DNA of 64,000 nt from Octopus sinensis (GCF_006345805.1 NC_043015.1:22382001-22446000), one strand, 5' to 3'; shown: positions 40,414 to 54,500, counted from the first letter of the stretch. Made by a program: numbers and translations. The notes: a model not told the origin generated them from the letters alone.

Positions 40414-41482
40414 TCTTCTTCCCGTCTGTCTTGATAGACAATGGGTCGCGCCAAGGCTGGGGCCTGCTTTGATGATGAGCAGCGTCTGCTGTGACTGAAC
40501 AGTCCAATTCTAGAGTGGCAGTCCCTGGTACAGTTGCTGCACACGAACATCGATGAGTACGTTTGGGGTGTTGCTGCAGTTGTCCTCCTCCTGTCCCGCC
40601 TGTCCGACCACAGCTGTGCTCTCCTTTCCTCAGCCATGGAAACGCCTTTCCTCACTGTCCGACGCCAGGCAGCGCGGTCAGCAGCTGTTACCTCCCACGT
40701 GTCCACACAGATGTTGGCAGTCCTCAGGTCGCGCTTGCGCACATCCCTGTATCGTAGCTGTGGACGTCCCTCGGGTCGGGATCCCGTTGTGAGTTCGCTG
40801 TACAGGATGTCTTTAGGCATGCGACTGTCCTGCATGCGGCAGACGTGTCCGAGCCAGCGTAGTCGTCTCCGCACGAGGAGGGCATGCATGCTTGGCATAT
40901 TAGTCTGTTCTAGGATGACTCCGTTTGGTACTCGGTCCTTCCAGGAGATGCCAAGGATCCGTCGAAGACACCGCATGTGGAAGCCGCTGAGGCGGCATTC
41001 TTGCCGGGTGTATGTTGTCCAGCTCTCGCTGCCGTAGAGTAGGGTGCTCAGCACGCAGGCTCGGTACACTGCGATCTTGGTGGTTATTGTGAGCATGTTG
41101 CTTTCCCACACCCTCCTGGAGAGCTTAGCCATGGCAGCAGCAGTCTTCCCAATCCGTCTGTTCAGCTCCGGCTCGAGGGACAGGCTGCTGGAGACCGTCG
41201 ATCCCAGGTAAGTGAACTCGTTCACCACCTGCAAGCTGTGGTCGCCGACACTGATGCTGGGGACCCCTCCGACGTCCTGGCCCATGATCTCTGTCTTTTT
41301 CAGGCCGATGGTAAGGCCGAGCTCTTGGCAGGCATCCGCCAGGGAGCTGACCAGCCTCTGGAGACCCGGCTGGTTGTGTGATGTTAGGGCGGCATCGTCA
41401 GCAAAGAGGATCTCTCTGATCAGCACCTGACGGACTTTGGTCTTAGCTCTGAGGCGCGCAAGATTGAACAATCCACCATCAC
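40414..41482 (-). mobile_element. 5'-truncated RTE-clade LINE (RT C-terminus and zinc-finger tail), uninterrupted frame
   Basis: LFADDAAL, LTIGLKKTE, FTYLGS, TLLYGSESW, RRLRWLGHVCRM, FVCSNCTRDCHSRIGLFSHSRRC; GC-rich; (TA)n on both sides. Confidence 0.95.
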
Positions 41483-41484
41483 CC

Positions 41485-41540
<56 letters not shown>

Positions 41541-41559
41541 ATATATATATATATATATA

Positions 41560-42156
41560 AGTAAGTAAATGGAGTTGAACGAAGATGTTATTAAAATTCT
41601 TTTACTTTCGACATAAATTACAAAGACAACATTGGTTTTATTCCAAAGGAATAAACGGTGTGAAATGCAGTCTTCTAATCAGGAAAGAAAGAGAGCCTAT
41701 CTCAACAACAAGACATTATAACAAATACGATGACTGCCTAAATGATAAACAGAACGTTATTAAATATTTAAAAAAAACCGTTAGTAGATTTGACGTCAAA
41801 GGCAGATACTATATAAGCATTTTTAGAGATGTAAAGTATAATAGCCATCTCAATATGGCTAACCACAAAGGGGGGTGGTTACTGTAGCTTTTTACGTTCT
41901 GAGATTTAATAATTTTTTAGAGAGTTACTTCTCTTATATATGCCAAAAATGCATTAAAAATGTGAAAAATTGATGGTCAGTTTTTTTTTAATCGTAGACT
42001 CATCGTAGCCGCGCGCTAATACCCAGAAGGGATCGATATGAGTCACGACTATAAGATACCCGGTTTTGGTTAAACTGCACCGCAAAATGTGGAAGTAGTT
42101 AGGAATCTAAATCGTAGGAGACAGACAGCACACAACCTCTCTTTTATATATAAAGA
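41560..42156 (-). mobile_element. Helitron-like non-autonomous fragment (5' end)
   Basis: Minus strand starts A|TCTTTATATATAAAAGAGAGG, like the 5' ends at 14790, 15602 and 16903; left boundary uncertain. Confidence 0.45.
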
Positions 42157-42160
42157 TATA

Positions 42161-42205
<45 letters not shown>

Positions 42206-42261
42206 TATACATATATATACATATAGATAGATATATATACATACATACATATATATATATA

Positions 42262-42388
42262 TAGTTAATCCAAACAAGAAAGCAAGAAAAAAAACTCAAC
42301 AATGCGAGGACGTGGAACAAATATAGTATTATTGGACGCTCAGGAAAGAAGGAAAGAAGGGGGGGTTAACGTTTCGAGCCGAGCTTTT
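42262..42388 (-). mobile_element. Truncated copy of the 37.1 kb pLTR-like repeat, broken inside the hammerhead stem II
   Basis: GTTAATCCAAACAAGAAA...GGACGTGGAACAA...TTAACGTTTCGAGCCGAGCT matches 37089-37218. Confidence 0.8.
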
Positions 42389-42823
42389 CACGCTGCGCCA
42401 ATCAATGTGTTTGTTCCCCACTTCCTGAGATTCGACTGAAATGTTTGATACGAGGGAATGTGTTTCAAACGTTACATTTAGCGGAACGTGCACTTTTCAT
42501 AGGGGCTTTCTAGTTGACCTGTTCGACGTATATTATCTGTACTGATTTAGGAGAGCGATATTGTATGTATAGGTGTAAATATCTTAAATATTTACTTTGT
42601 AATTCTTAACTTATATTGTTCATAAAGCTCTAGAAATCATCTTCATCATATACATACCGTGCGAAATATACAATATATACATAGATATACACACAAAGTT
42701 TTGTGTGTGTGTCTACATGTGTATATATACATATGTATATAAAATACCTGTACATCATCTACAAAACTTCCAATACATATGTATATATATATGTATACGT
42801 ACACACACATATATATATACAAA

Positions 42824-42884
<61 letters not shown>

Positions 42885-43723
42885 GCACATATTCACGCAC
42901 ATATATATCCATGTACATATATAAATGTATAAGAAAATAAGAAAAGTTACAGAAACATCAATAACAACAACAACAGCCAAACAGACCTAACTAATTCCAA
43001 GTTACGAGTAGCCACTTAAAAGTGACTGGGAATCTGCAGTAAATTTGGAATATGTGAGCAGAAATTGATATGTTTATGAACTTGCTAGTCAGCACCACAG
43101 GAAATTGGCAATACACATTGTAGGTCTAGGTCTATTAACGTAACACAGCATAAAGAAAAATAAAACCCAAAACAAATGCAAAAACAAAAAAAAAATAATG
43201 GTTCACTCACAATAGTAATACTACAAAAATTGACAGAAGACGGAGAACAAAATGGAAGCAAGATTTAAAGTGTAGCAAAGGCGGAAATCGAGTTTTCGAA
43301 GTATCTTAATATATCTGGTAGAAGCGTTAGATTTTATTGAAAATAGTATAATGTTAGCTTCCATTTACGTTAAATTCTTCTTCGTCTCTCTTATTTGGCA
43401 AGAACTGCATATATAACATCGTAAAATGAGTAAGATATGCATTTTGATTGGTTTAGATTTAGCATTAATCCCTAAGGGTCATTTTCGTTTGAATTGTGAG
43501 TCAAAGTTTGATAATAGGCCGCTTAATTTTGTAGTTTTCCATTTATCTCATGCCGAACATTTCCCACGGGACTTTATGTCATGGGTTTATACATATAGAC
43601 ATTTATACACTGATAAATACAGAGATGCTTATATATCTAAATACCTAACATATATATATGCACGCATATATATACACAGACCGACACACACACACACACT
43701 CTCTCTCTCTCACACACACACTT

Positions 43724-43784
<61 letters not shown>

Positions 43785-43787
<3 letters not shown>

Positions 43788-43845
43788 ACCGAAGAGATGG
43801 TGTTGTGGTTTTCCACCTCGCCATCCGAAACTCAGAGTTTTATCT
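43785..43845 (+). ncRNA. Hammerhead-like motif with U4C core (CCGAAGA) and long stem II
   Basis: ATAA-CCGAAGA-GATGGTG tt GTGG TTTT CCAC ct CGCCATC c-GAAA-CTC A GAG-TT-TTAT. Confidence 0.65.
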
Positions 43846-43942
43846 TGGCTACTGAATAATTGTCACATAAGATTTTACAATAAATTCCCCTATTTACGTA
43901 ATATTGAGGTCGCTTTCTTTCTTTTGTTATCTCATAAATATT

Positions 43943-43974
<32 letters not shown>

Positions 43975-44104
43975 CATTCGTACGTACGAAGGAAAGGCGC
44001 ACGCGTCACTCGGAAGTTATATACAATGTAATAAATACAAAATCGATGTAAAATTTCGTATTTACTTGATTTGACATAAAATAGCACTACAGATTTATTT
44101 ATGT

Positions 44105-44290
<186 letters not shown>

Positions 44291-44649
44291 CTGTGTGCCT
44301 GTATTTACATTCATATATTCAGTGATAATCGTGTATACACATATACTGATATTTAAAATATAACACGATAGAATAAAGATAGAAGTGATATTCAAATTTA
44401 ATGAAAAATGCATATATGAAAGAATCAGGACAAAGTTTAAAATGGAATATGGTAAAAATGGCCTGTAGGTAACATTTTCCTAATAGTGAAAGAGGTAAAA
44501 ATATATAAGGTGAAATACTTAGTATCGTTACTGCCAATATTATCACTAGTTTTCAAACAACAACAAAAACAGCTCACGCCAGTGCAACCAATAAGAACAC
44601 CAGCAGCGACGCTGACGACGTCGACGATGATGATGATAACGACGATGAC

Positions 44650-44695
<46 letters not shown>

Positions 44696-44893
44696 GTGAT
44701 GATGATGATGATAATGATGATGATAATGACGATGACATAAACAATCATAATAATATTTCTATTGTAAATTGTATGTAAAATGAAAATATCAAAAATAGCC
44801 TTCAAGATAAATGTTTAGTAATGGCTACTTCGGTCACAGATTTTCCTTTCAGAAGTATATGTCCCATGTAACTCTATACTCCATAGACCAAAC

Positions 44894-45048
<155 letters not shown>

Positions 45049-45224
45049 TTGTTATATATATCTATATATGTTCGTGTGTATGTGCATATATATAAATATG
45101 TATATTACTATATAAATATATATACATATATGTATGTAAGTGTGTCAATGTGTATCTATCTACTTATCTATCTATATCTATTTATCTATTTCTTTCTCTC
45201 TCACTCTCTGTCTGTCTCTCTCTG

Positions 45225-45259
<35 letters not shown>

Positions 45260-45659
45260 GTGTATATATATATATATATACACACACACATAGATAAATT
45301 ATATGTATACTTAGCGCTTACACTTCTTGAGCGCTAAAGCAAGTTTATCCTCACCGTGACACCTGATAGTATCCTAGTTATGATGCGTCTTGGTAATTAT
45401 TAATGGTTCTGAAACTTTTTCAGACCTCTTTTCTGACTATAAATATAATGAATAAATATAACTAACCTCTCTCTATCTCGCAGTCTCTGTCTGTCTGCCT
45501 GTCTGTCTCTCTCTGTGTCTCTGTCTCTCTCTCTCTCTCTTTATGTATATATATATATATATATACATACACACCACACAGACACACACACACACACCTA
45601 CATACATATATATATATATATACGCATACATAAACGCACACATACATAGATTTAAACTT

Positions 45660-45845
45660 TTAGCACAAGGCCAGCTATTTGAAGATAGGGTATTAGTCGA
45701 TTACATCGACCCTTGTGCATGACTGGTACCTATTTTTCTGATCCTGAAAGGATAAAAGGGAATATCGTACTCGGCGGAATTTGAACTCAGATTGTAAAAG
45801 AGGAAGAAATGGAAATAAATTTATTCCCGGCATGATAACCATTGT
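45660..45845 (-). mobile_element. Degraded SINE family B
   Basis: AGTCGATTACATCGACCC...CTGGTAC...GAAAGGATAAAAGG...CTCGGCGGAATTTGAACTCAGA. Confidence 0.75.
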
Positions 45846-47139
45846 CTTCGAGTTCTAGGTTGCCCATTCATTTGATGCTCTTCCTAGTGGTAAGACGATT
45901 TGTCTTTTTTATATTCACCGTCTACACCACATCTTCGCCTCTATACATTCAGTGAAGCTTAAACTAGCGTCGAACGGTTATCGACTGCTATTTCCAGCAA
46001 AAAGTGGTACCTTGTTGCGGGACTATTCCATATATTCTTTTAGTCTTTTATTTGACTGCGGCCATGCTGGAGCACGAGAGAAAAGACAACAGGAAAAAAC
46101 TGCAAGGCAAGAACTTGCGACTAACTTTGGCTACCTAATTCGCGGAATTCTATCTACCATCGGATTACATTACTGTATTCATTCGGAATACGCTCCTTAC
46201 GTGTGTGTGTGTGTGTTTACATACACGCATACTTGCCAAGTAGGTACAATGACACAAGAACATAGAATTTCGTCGCAATGCACATTTGAAGCTGGATTGG
46301 TGCATTGGTATGAAACATTCGAGCATGCGAGAAGTTAAAATTCAGTCTCCATTTTCTTCTAATCCTACACTCTTATTCTAGTGTCTACCGTCTCCTAACT
46401 AGTGTTATTCGATTGTTTTTCTATAATTTTTGTATATATATATTCTTTACTTTAACATTAATTGTACCTCCATCATATAATTATATGTGTGCAAGTATCC
46501 CGATTACTTTTTTACTTTTTACTCAATGGATACATACTGGTTCAGTTTGATATCGTTCTACCTAATTTTGTAGATAAGTATATAATTGATTACATTGACG
46601 AGGTCCGTGTTTAATTATAGACATTCGTGTATGTCGCATTATTTTTTAACGGTAATTTACATCTTGAAGATATGAATACATTTCTTGCGTGCGTTATGTA
46701 ATTATCTCTCTCTGTATATATATTTGTAGAAGAATTTTCCATTTCCGTCCATAATGTTCACACATTATTGTTAAACTTCTATTTTAAGTTAGATTTCTTT
46801 AACTTCCTAACTACGAATATATCTTTCCATGCCCATATATATATATACATACATACATACATACATACATACATACAAACATACATATATGTATACATGC
46901 ACACACACACATTTATATATGTATATGTATATGTATATGTGTGTGAGTGTGTCTGAATTTGCGACTGTTTGTGTGTTTATGAATATATGTATTTGCATAT
47001 GTTTGTAGTAATAATATAGATAAGTTAAATAAGTTTCAGCCATTACTTTCCTTGGACATGTAACTTTATATTACCACTTGGTGAAATCTGTACGTCTGAT
47101 TTTGGGACATTGCCGCCATCATCAAAATGGCGTTTTTAC

Positions 47140-47400
47140 TCGATGTTACTTGAATTTATCCAGTTCCGTTGAAACTTAATTAAATATATTTCTTCTTTTA
47201 TTACCTGTTGGGATATTGATGGAGACGCATGACAGGTTGAGGATAAAATGTTGTCAATGTGTTGATTGGTGATATGAAATTGATTTTTATATCGAACGAG
47301 CGCCTAGCTTTTATTGATTTGTGAACTCTATGACAATATCATTGCGTCAATGCTGATGCATTAATTTCTATGAAGTACCTATCGGGGATGTAAACGATAA
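47140..47400 (-). pseudogene. Possible Penelope GIY-YIG C-terminal relic
   Basis: Minus-strand fragments RVHKSI, NQHID and IKEEIYLIKFQ resemble the PLE end motifs ..VH..QI, S.HID.C and R..KE.YFI.KF.P.LN; heavily frameshifted. Confidence 0.35.
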
Positions 47401-48242
47401 CGTTATAAAGATTAGAGCGTGAAATGTACGAGGCGATCCTAGTGGAGAAATCCTGTTATGCTAATTAGTTAATTATTTAAATATTTAATATCTGAATTAT
47501 GAGGTGCTTCATTTTTCCTTCATAGAGAGAATAGTGTGGGCGATATTACTATTGGTACGTCCGCGAAATTGCAGAGGAAATAAAGGAGTATTTCATAAAC
47601 CTTTTAGAAATCTATAAACATTTTTTAATCATTCTTAATTTCTTACATTCTTGAACTTTCAAAACTTATATATGAATATATCTAGTATGAAAAATTAAAC
47701 TTTCTCTTATCTTTTTTTGCTCTTTACAACTTTTTTCTTTCTTTTGTTTTAGTATTTAATTCTTAGATTTTCTTTTTACTCTATTTTGCATTTCATCTTC
47801 TTTTATTTTATTTCACCTTCCTCCTTTTCCTTCCAAAACTCTCCTATTAACGGCGTTACTCTGTTATCCGACGAATGCTGATACCATATGGACATCTAAT
47901 CTACAACGTCTAGATATATAGAACACCTTCTGTCAAGAATTTGCTGTAAGTCTATAATTTTATTTGACGTCGTGAGGGGTTCTTCAATAAAAAGAAATAC
48001 TGACTGTCAAAGTCGATGAGCTCATACGTTTTTTGGCTGTTTAAGAAAACTCTGGCATTGATTGCGCTTGCGAATCTCAATGCAAATGTTGACCACTGAT
48101 GTGATACAATACTGGGAAAGGTTTTTCCCCAACGTGGCGCAATAAAAAATAAGAAAACAACAATGCTGCACACACCTCACCATGGAGTTGCAGCAGATGA
48201 AGCAGTGGAAATTTGCCCGCAACTGTCAAGTGCCAAATAATA

Positions 48243-48327
<85 letters not shown>

Positions 48328-48477
48328 TATTGACGATGGATCTGCTCAAGGATTTGCACAAATGATTTGTTTCTTCTGATCAAATATGTTCTGTAGAGTT
48401 GCTGACTCTTCACCAAATCGGCGTTTGAGTGCCACACTGTAACCACCATGCCATGCACCCTCACAATACAATAACAA

Positions 48478-48670
48478 TAAGAAGAAATTGGAATTGCCAT
48501 GAGAACAGAGCAAGCGTCAAAATCTGCTCTGCTGGAGACATTTAGAATGTTGAGTATCAATGCGTATGATGTGCAGAAGAGATCCTGTGAGACCTTTGAC
48601 AGCAGACTGTTGTCCACTCTCGTAGAATCTACCAGAACAAACAAGACCGAACGTTCTGAGAAGTAAAACA
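48478..48670 (+). mobile_element. R4-like LINE extreme 3' end
   Basis: EEIGIAMRTEQASKSALLETFRML (compare QKIALLGTAHIL), then a short UTR and (AAT)n. Confidence 0.55.
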
Positions 48671-49419
48671 ATAATAATAATCATAATGATGATGATGATG
48701 ATGAGAATGATGCAAGAAAATAATAATAATAAAAAGAAAACGAAATTAATAAATAAATAAAACCATGCTTTATAACATTAAGGAGAGAGTTGCTCTATTA
48801 TGATTTCCCAACTTGACAAATAATTTAATGATATGAATTTTAAGTGAGATCAGATATCAATTGACTGAAGTTACTTCTTTAATCATTTCTTTATTCACAA
48901 ACGAAAATGACAAACTGGGCGAGAAAATCTTCTGATATATAACCTGCGTCCAATGATATTCTCCAGAGATTAGCGTCAGCGAATGATATTTGACGACAGC
49001 TCTTCTTTAGGACACAAGCGAGATGCCTATCGGAGTGCAGCATTAACACTTGTTAAATTTTATTTATTGCAGCTGAGATATTTAGATTAACGAAAATTAT
49101 CTCAAGAAAGATATGTTTAAGATTTCCTGTTGTTAGTATTTTAGCTTAATGACGTATAAGTTCACTCTCATTATTTTCTTGGTGACTATTTTTGTCGTTC
49201 GAGGTAGCCCGTTTGTATATTCATTTAAGACACCGGATGAAGGTAAGTTTCACTCTAAGTGCGTTCTCAAATGGCTGCTAAGATAGGTTCATGTTCGAGG
49301 AAGCGATTTTGAAATGCAAGCCGACAAGTGATAGGCAATGAATAGTTGAATCTTATTTTTCTTTATAGAAATCCGTTCTGAGATATGTACTGAGGTTTAT
49401 CATTTTAAACAATAGGGCT

Positions 49420-50445
49420 TTCGAGTCCCACAAAGTACTGTGTTGGACTCACTCCTCCGCATTATTTACATCATAGTAGATGTCATCGAACAATCTACAT
49501 TAAACATTTTTGCAGATGATTCCAAACACCAGAAAGCAATAAACGGCATGGGAGACCGAACATGCCTTCAGTCAGATCTGTTTGCTATTGCTCAATGGGC
49601 TGAAAAAAATACAATACGCTTTTAAATGAAGATAAGTTTGATTTGATCCACTATGGAATATAGGAAACTCTAAAACTACCATGTGCTCTTCCCTCGGACG
49701 TTTCTCTAGTGTCATCCACCAGTACCAGGGACCTTGGAGTAATTAGTTGATAACAATCTAGGCTGGAGATCCCACGTAAACAGGAAGGTTGACTTGGCCC
49801 GCAAGATGTGCTCCTCGATTCTGAGAACTTGCCGGGCTAGAGATGCCTACACCATCATCCTTCTCTATTCTACTTTTGCCCGACCCCACCTTGAATACTG
49901 TTGCCCACTTATTATGAAAGTAGAAGCACTCCAGAGGTCAATAACAAGAACGACAGACGGCATAAGAGGCATTGATTACTGGGATCGACTAAAACACTCA
50001 TTCTCTACTCTCAACGCCGCCGGGAGCGCTACATCATTTGTGTTATGTAGAAAATATTCCATCAATATTGCACAAATGATGTTGGCATCAATTTTAAAAT
50101 CCATCCATGACTTGGCTCCGTGTTATCCGCCACTTCTAAAATTGAACTCGATACACATAGCAACATTACGTCACAGTTACTTTACCTCTACTGATCAAGC
50201 TCTCTTTAATACCATAACAAAACGCATCAAAACGGAAACGGATCCCATAAAATTCTAATGTTCACTGGAAAAATTTCTTCAAAAAATCCCGGACCAACCT
50301 CCTACATCCGGATATGTCACCAACAATAATAACTCCTTGTTAGACTGGGCTCTGGTGCCCCTTATATAATTAAAATACTTCACCAGGTGGTGCTCTTAAG
50401 TTAAACATGCCCTGGGCCTATACTGGCCGAGACACATCAAGGTTA
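49420..50445 (+). mobile_element. Degraded CR1/Jockey-superfamily LINE 3' fragment
   Basis: VPQSTVL, IFADDSK, LQSDL..W, RDLGV, ILRT..RDA..LYSTFARPHLEYCCPL. Confidence 0.85.
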
Positions 50446-50579
50446 TTATGGCTAGAGTCAAGAAAATTTTGTGTTTTAGCTGATGTACTTTTAAATAGCG
50501 TTAATCTGTTTTCTTAACACAAGCCCCCAAAACACTTTTGTGATGACATGCTGGCTCGAGTACGAGGGAATTTTACCTT

Positions 50580-50935
50580 GTTATCCTTTATCTTTTACTT
50601 GTTTCTGTTATGCGGCCATGCAGAGGCATCAATTTCAAGGGTTTTATTGGAACGATTCCACCCCAGTACTAATGCTTAAAAGCTTGCTGCTCATTCTAAC
50701 GATCACTTTTGCCGAACTATTAGATTACTGGTTTGTAAATAAACTAACACCGGTTGTGAGGCGGTGGCGGTGGTGGTGGTGTTGGAACAAACACAAACAC
50801 ATCAGTTATGTACAAATACACAGACACACCCATACACATATGCAACGGGCATTCAATTACAAGTCTTTGGTCGCCCCGGGGCAATAGTAGGAGACGTTGC
50901 CACAAATGTTCGTTTATGAAAGAGATGAAGTTGAA
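50580..50935 (-). mobile_element. Degraded SINE family A
   Basis: TCTTTTACTTGTTTC...GCGGCCATGC...TTTTGCCGAAC...ACACCGGTTGT...CTTTGGTCGCCCCGGGGCAATAGTAG. Confidence 0.7.
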
Positions 50936-51454
50936 TGATCTGTGAGGGATTCGGGTAGGGATGACCACTTTTGGGTCATGGATGACGCCATGACGTCTAC
51001 GAGTTGAAATTAGTGGGGCTAGGTTCTCTGAGACGCCTTGATGGATTAAGAAAGTGGGGGAAAGGTGGGAAAGCATCTTCTAGTCAGCAGTAGTAATAGT
51101 AGTGGTAGTAGTAGTAGATAGAGAAGGGGGAGGGGAGGGGAAGGAGGATGAGTGGCAGTAGTGGTAGCAGTAGTTACTACTGCAGTAGTAGCATCAGTAG
51201 CAATAGTATTAGTAGCAGCGGCAGCAGCAATAGTAGTGGCAGCTGCAGCAGCAGCAGTAGTGGTGGTTGAGGCTCTGATGTTGGTGGTGAAGATGATGAT
51301 GATGATGACGTTGGCAATGATTATAATAACGTGATTGTATGTGTGTGGGCGTCGGAGTAAAACTGTTGTACTCAACGGATGAACAGTCACCAGGTCAATA
51401 AGGTCTACATTGCCATTGTTACTATTTCAGTTGCTTATTTATCATCACCACCAC

Positions 51455-51560
<106 letters not shown>

Positions 51561-51594
51561 TCTTTGTGGAGCATCCTACTGAACTGAGATAATA

Positions 51595-51995
51595 ACTTTG
51601 ATAGGTTTCGGTCAGTATAGGCGCAGGCCATGTCTAACTTAATAGCACCACATGGTGGAGTCTTTTAGTCATACGTGGGGCACCATAGCTAACTCCAGCA
51701 AGGAGTTATTATAGTTGGAGACATATCCAGGTGTAGGAGGTTGGTCCTGGATTTTTGAAGATGTTTGTCCAGTGAACTTTTGAACTTTATCCTATCCGTT
51801 CCCGTTTTCACGTATTTTGGTAAGGTATGAAAGAGAGCTGGAGAGGTGAATTGCTATGTGTCCTCAGTTCGAATTTTGTAGTGGGCGGATACCACGGGGA
51901 TCAAGTCTTGAATGGATTTTAAAATTGATGCCAACTTCATTTCTGCAATATTAATGGAATATTTTCCACATAACACAAATGATGTAGCGCTCGAA
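51595..51995 (-). mobile_element. Second copy of the CR1-like 3' end, inverted relative to 50020-50445
   Basis: Reverse complement matches GAGCGCTACATCATTTGTGTTATG...TTTTAAAATCCAT...GGACCAACCTCCTACA...AATAACTCCTTG...GTGGTGCT. Confidence 0.85.
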
Positions 51996-52519
51996 AGGAA
52001 TATTAAAAGGCGGTTTCATTCTCTTTTCTGTCACGAATTCTGTCTTTTTTTGGTGTTTTTTTTTAGAGTTATTTATGTTGTATAATTTCCAGTTTGTCTT
52101 ATTTGTCGAAAAGTGAAAATGTTTTCGCGTATGTATCATGGAAACATGATATATACGTTATGTCCAATTTCGTAGATGCCGAGTTGGCATCGACCAGAAT
52201 GCTGATTTCATTCTGTTCTGCTCCGATTAATACAATTATGCCATGTGTTTCACGTGATGGAGGAATTCGCACTAATAACCAGAAGTGACATTCTACTGTC
52301 TTTTTTGTAATGTTTCTTTGTTATAATTTGTTGAAGTTGTTTAGCTATATCTTGTGCATGTCAAACTGGATGAGAGCAAATCGATTATAAGATTTACCCT
52401 GATTATGGAATTGATCGTACGAAGAGGAAAAAAAGTTTTGCTTATGGTACAATTTAGTATATACCAAAACTTAATATCATTAGTTATGTTTTTATTTACC
52501 GTTATTATAATTTTTTCCC

Positions 52520-52714
52520 ATTTCTGTCACTGAACTGCGGACATACTGGGTATCGCCTTGAAAGAAGCAGTCAACCAATGCGATACCAGTACTTTTTTAA
52601 AGCCTACTATTTATTCTACCAGCCTCTTTTGCCGAATCTTGGGAATATAAACGAACGAAAACCGGTTGAGAGTGGCGTCGAGGGATGAATACAAACACAA
52701 AGGCACAGACATAG

Positions 52715-52756
<42 letters not shown>

Positions 52757-53780
52757 ACACACATACATGAGAGGCTGTTTTCAGTTTCTGTTTACCAGAT
52801 TCACTTGCAAGGCTTTGACCGGCGGGCGCTAGAATGTATAATTTCGACCCCGATAAATTCGCCATCGGAAATTTCTCCACTGGTAACTTCTAATAATTTA
52901 GTTCCAGTACTTTCATCATAAGTGAATTCTATACTTGGGACATACCACACCCACAGAGTAGTCATCACATCTAAGTAGTAAATACAACAAGTAGTGCAAT
53001 ATAATTGGTACATTTTTATTTGCAAAATATATCTTATAAGTACTAAACCATCATAGATTTCATACATCTCAAGACCTCAGCAACCAAAAGAAAATAAAAC
53101 GAGCAATTAATACATATGTTGTAGTTTTCAGCATTCAATATGCATTTAATGTGATAAAAAACTCATTAGAATTTCAATATTGTTCAAAATGATATTCGAG
53201 TAGTTTTTCACGCAAATCACACAAAGATATGAATCCGTTTTGCAGGATCATCGCCAATACATGTTTCCACTATGACACTTTCTACACATAAAATGCTCTT
53301 TGTTTCTGCATAATTTTTAGGAACAACATCCTTCTCATGCAAGTAATAAACAACATCCTTCCTCCTCTGTCCTAAGTGTCCGAACCTTAGATGAAAGTTT
53401 ACAAGAGTTTGCTGCCATAATCAAACAGATCGGTAAAATATCCAAATACAACAGAGATCGGCGAAATATCCAACTAGATGAGTAAAAATTTCCAAAACTA
53501 TCCGTACTAAAAGCAGAGCATCAACACATGGTTTCGCGTAGAAAATATTCAACACATGTGCGTAGAATAAATTTCACGCAGTCGTAGACAAACGTATTCT
53601 CATGTTTAGCTTGGACAGTAGTGGCAAAATTACCGGGGGCAAAATTAGGAGTGGCGAAATTATCGGGGGAGAAATTACCGATCACTGTGATGGTTCTCGC
53701 CGAAGGAGCCATTCAGTGCGACTGAACCGAAGACAATGTAGCTGGAAAGCGAGCTTCTCAATCACGCAACCACTCCTAAA
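52520..53780 (-). mobile_element. SINE family A split by an insertion at about 52833-53685
   Basis: 3' part 52520-52832 (TTTTGCCGAA, CAAGGCTTTG) and 5' head 53686-53778 (CAGTGCGACTGAACC...CCACTCCT) are colinear with 23740-24080. Confidence 0.75.
52833..53685. mobile_element. Non-autonomous DNA transposon with subrepeat-structured inverted ends (MULE/foldback-like)
   Basis: Left ATTTCGACCCCGATAAATTCGCCATCGGAAATTTCTCCACTGGTAA versus right-end reverse complement ATTTCTCCCCCGATAATTTCGCCACTCCTAATTTTGCCCCCGGTAA (15-bp periodicity); internal HFMCRKCHSGNMYWR*SC relic. Confidence 0.65.
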
Positions 53781-54304
53781 CATATATATGATATGTTAAA
53801 ATATATAAAAGAGAGGTGAAGTTGTTGTCGAGGGCTATGCATATTGTTTTTGTTAGACGTTAAAACATACGATAATATTTGCTTGCTTTTCAATATCGAA
53901 AAACGTTGTACTTTAAATATTTTGCACTTAAAATAATTCGATATTTTTCAAGACTTTAGAAACAAAATTCAAGCATAATAAAGATTGTGTAAAGATTTAA
54001 ATCCTTAAAGGTTACACGGACGACAAGAATAAATGTAAAAAAAAAAGAAGAAAATAACAATATCGATCTCATTTTCTCTTCCCTTGTATACTTACATACG
54101 TATATAGACACACAGTCGCACACACATTCATTCATTTATACTTACATACATGCATATATACGTACATACATACGTACATAAAAGAGGCCAGCTGTCCATC
54201 GACCGTCATAGTGGTCAGCTGTCCTTCCTTCTGATGTTAATGTCATTCTAAAAAACCACATAAAAAGAGGATAACTATGGACAACTGCTTGAAAACATTT
54301 AGCT

Positions 54305-54500
54305 TCTATAACCAAATTATAAATTCACATTTATACCAATAATAATTGGTGCACTTTTGAGTAAATGCCTCAGTGATAGTTTGGGTAAACTAGGATTTTC
54401 AGATAAATGAATCAACCAACTAATTCGCACATTACAAATACAAACTGTAAGAGGAACAGTAAAAATATACAAAATCCTTCCCAAGTTTAAAATATGACGT
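54305..54500 (+). mobile_element. RLE-type LINE C-terminal relic
   Basis: PNYKFTFIPIIIGALL...LGKLGFS..*INQLIRTLQIQTVRGTVKIYK. Confidence 0.6.

Noticed and set aside
47025-47130. TTGATGA...GAAA on the minus strand after the possible PLE relic
   Set aside because: Stem II and stem I do not pair convincingly
49204-49248. Perfect AAG|GTAAGT donor with a possible 39-nt micro-exon
   Set aside because: Acceptor would be a rare GAG and there is no other support
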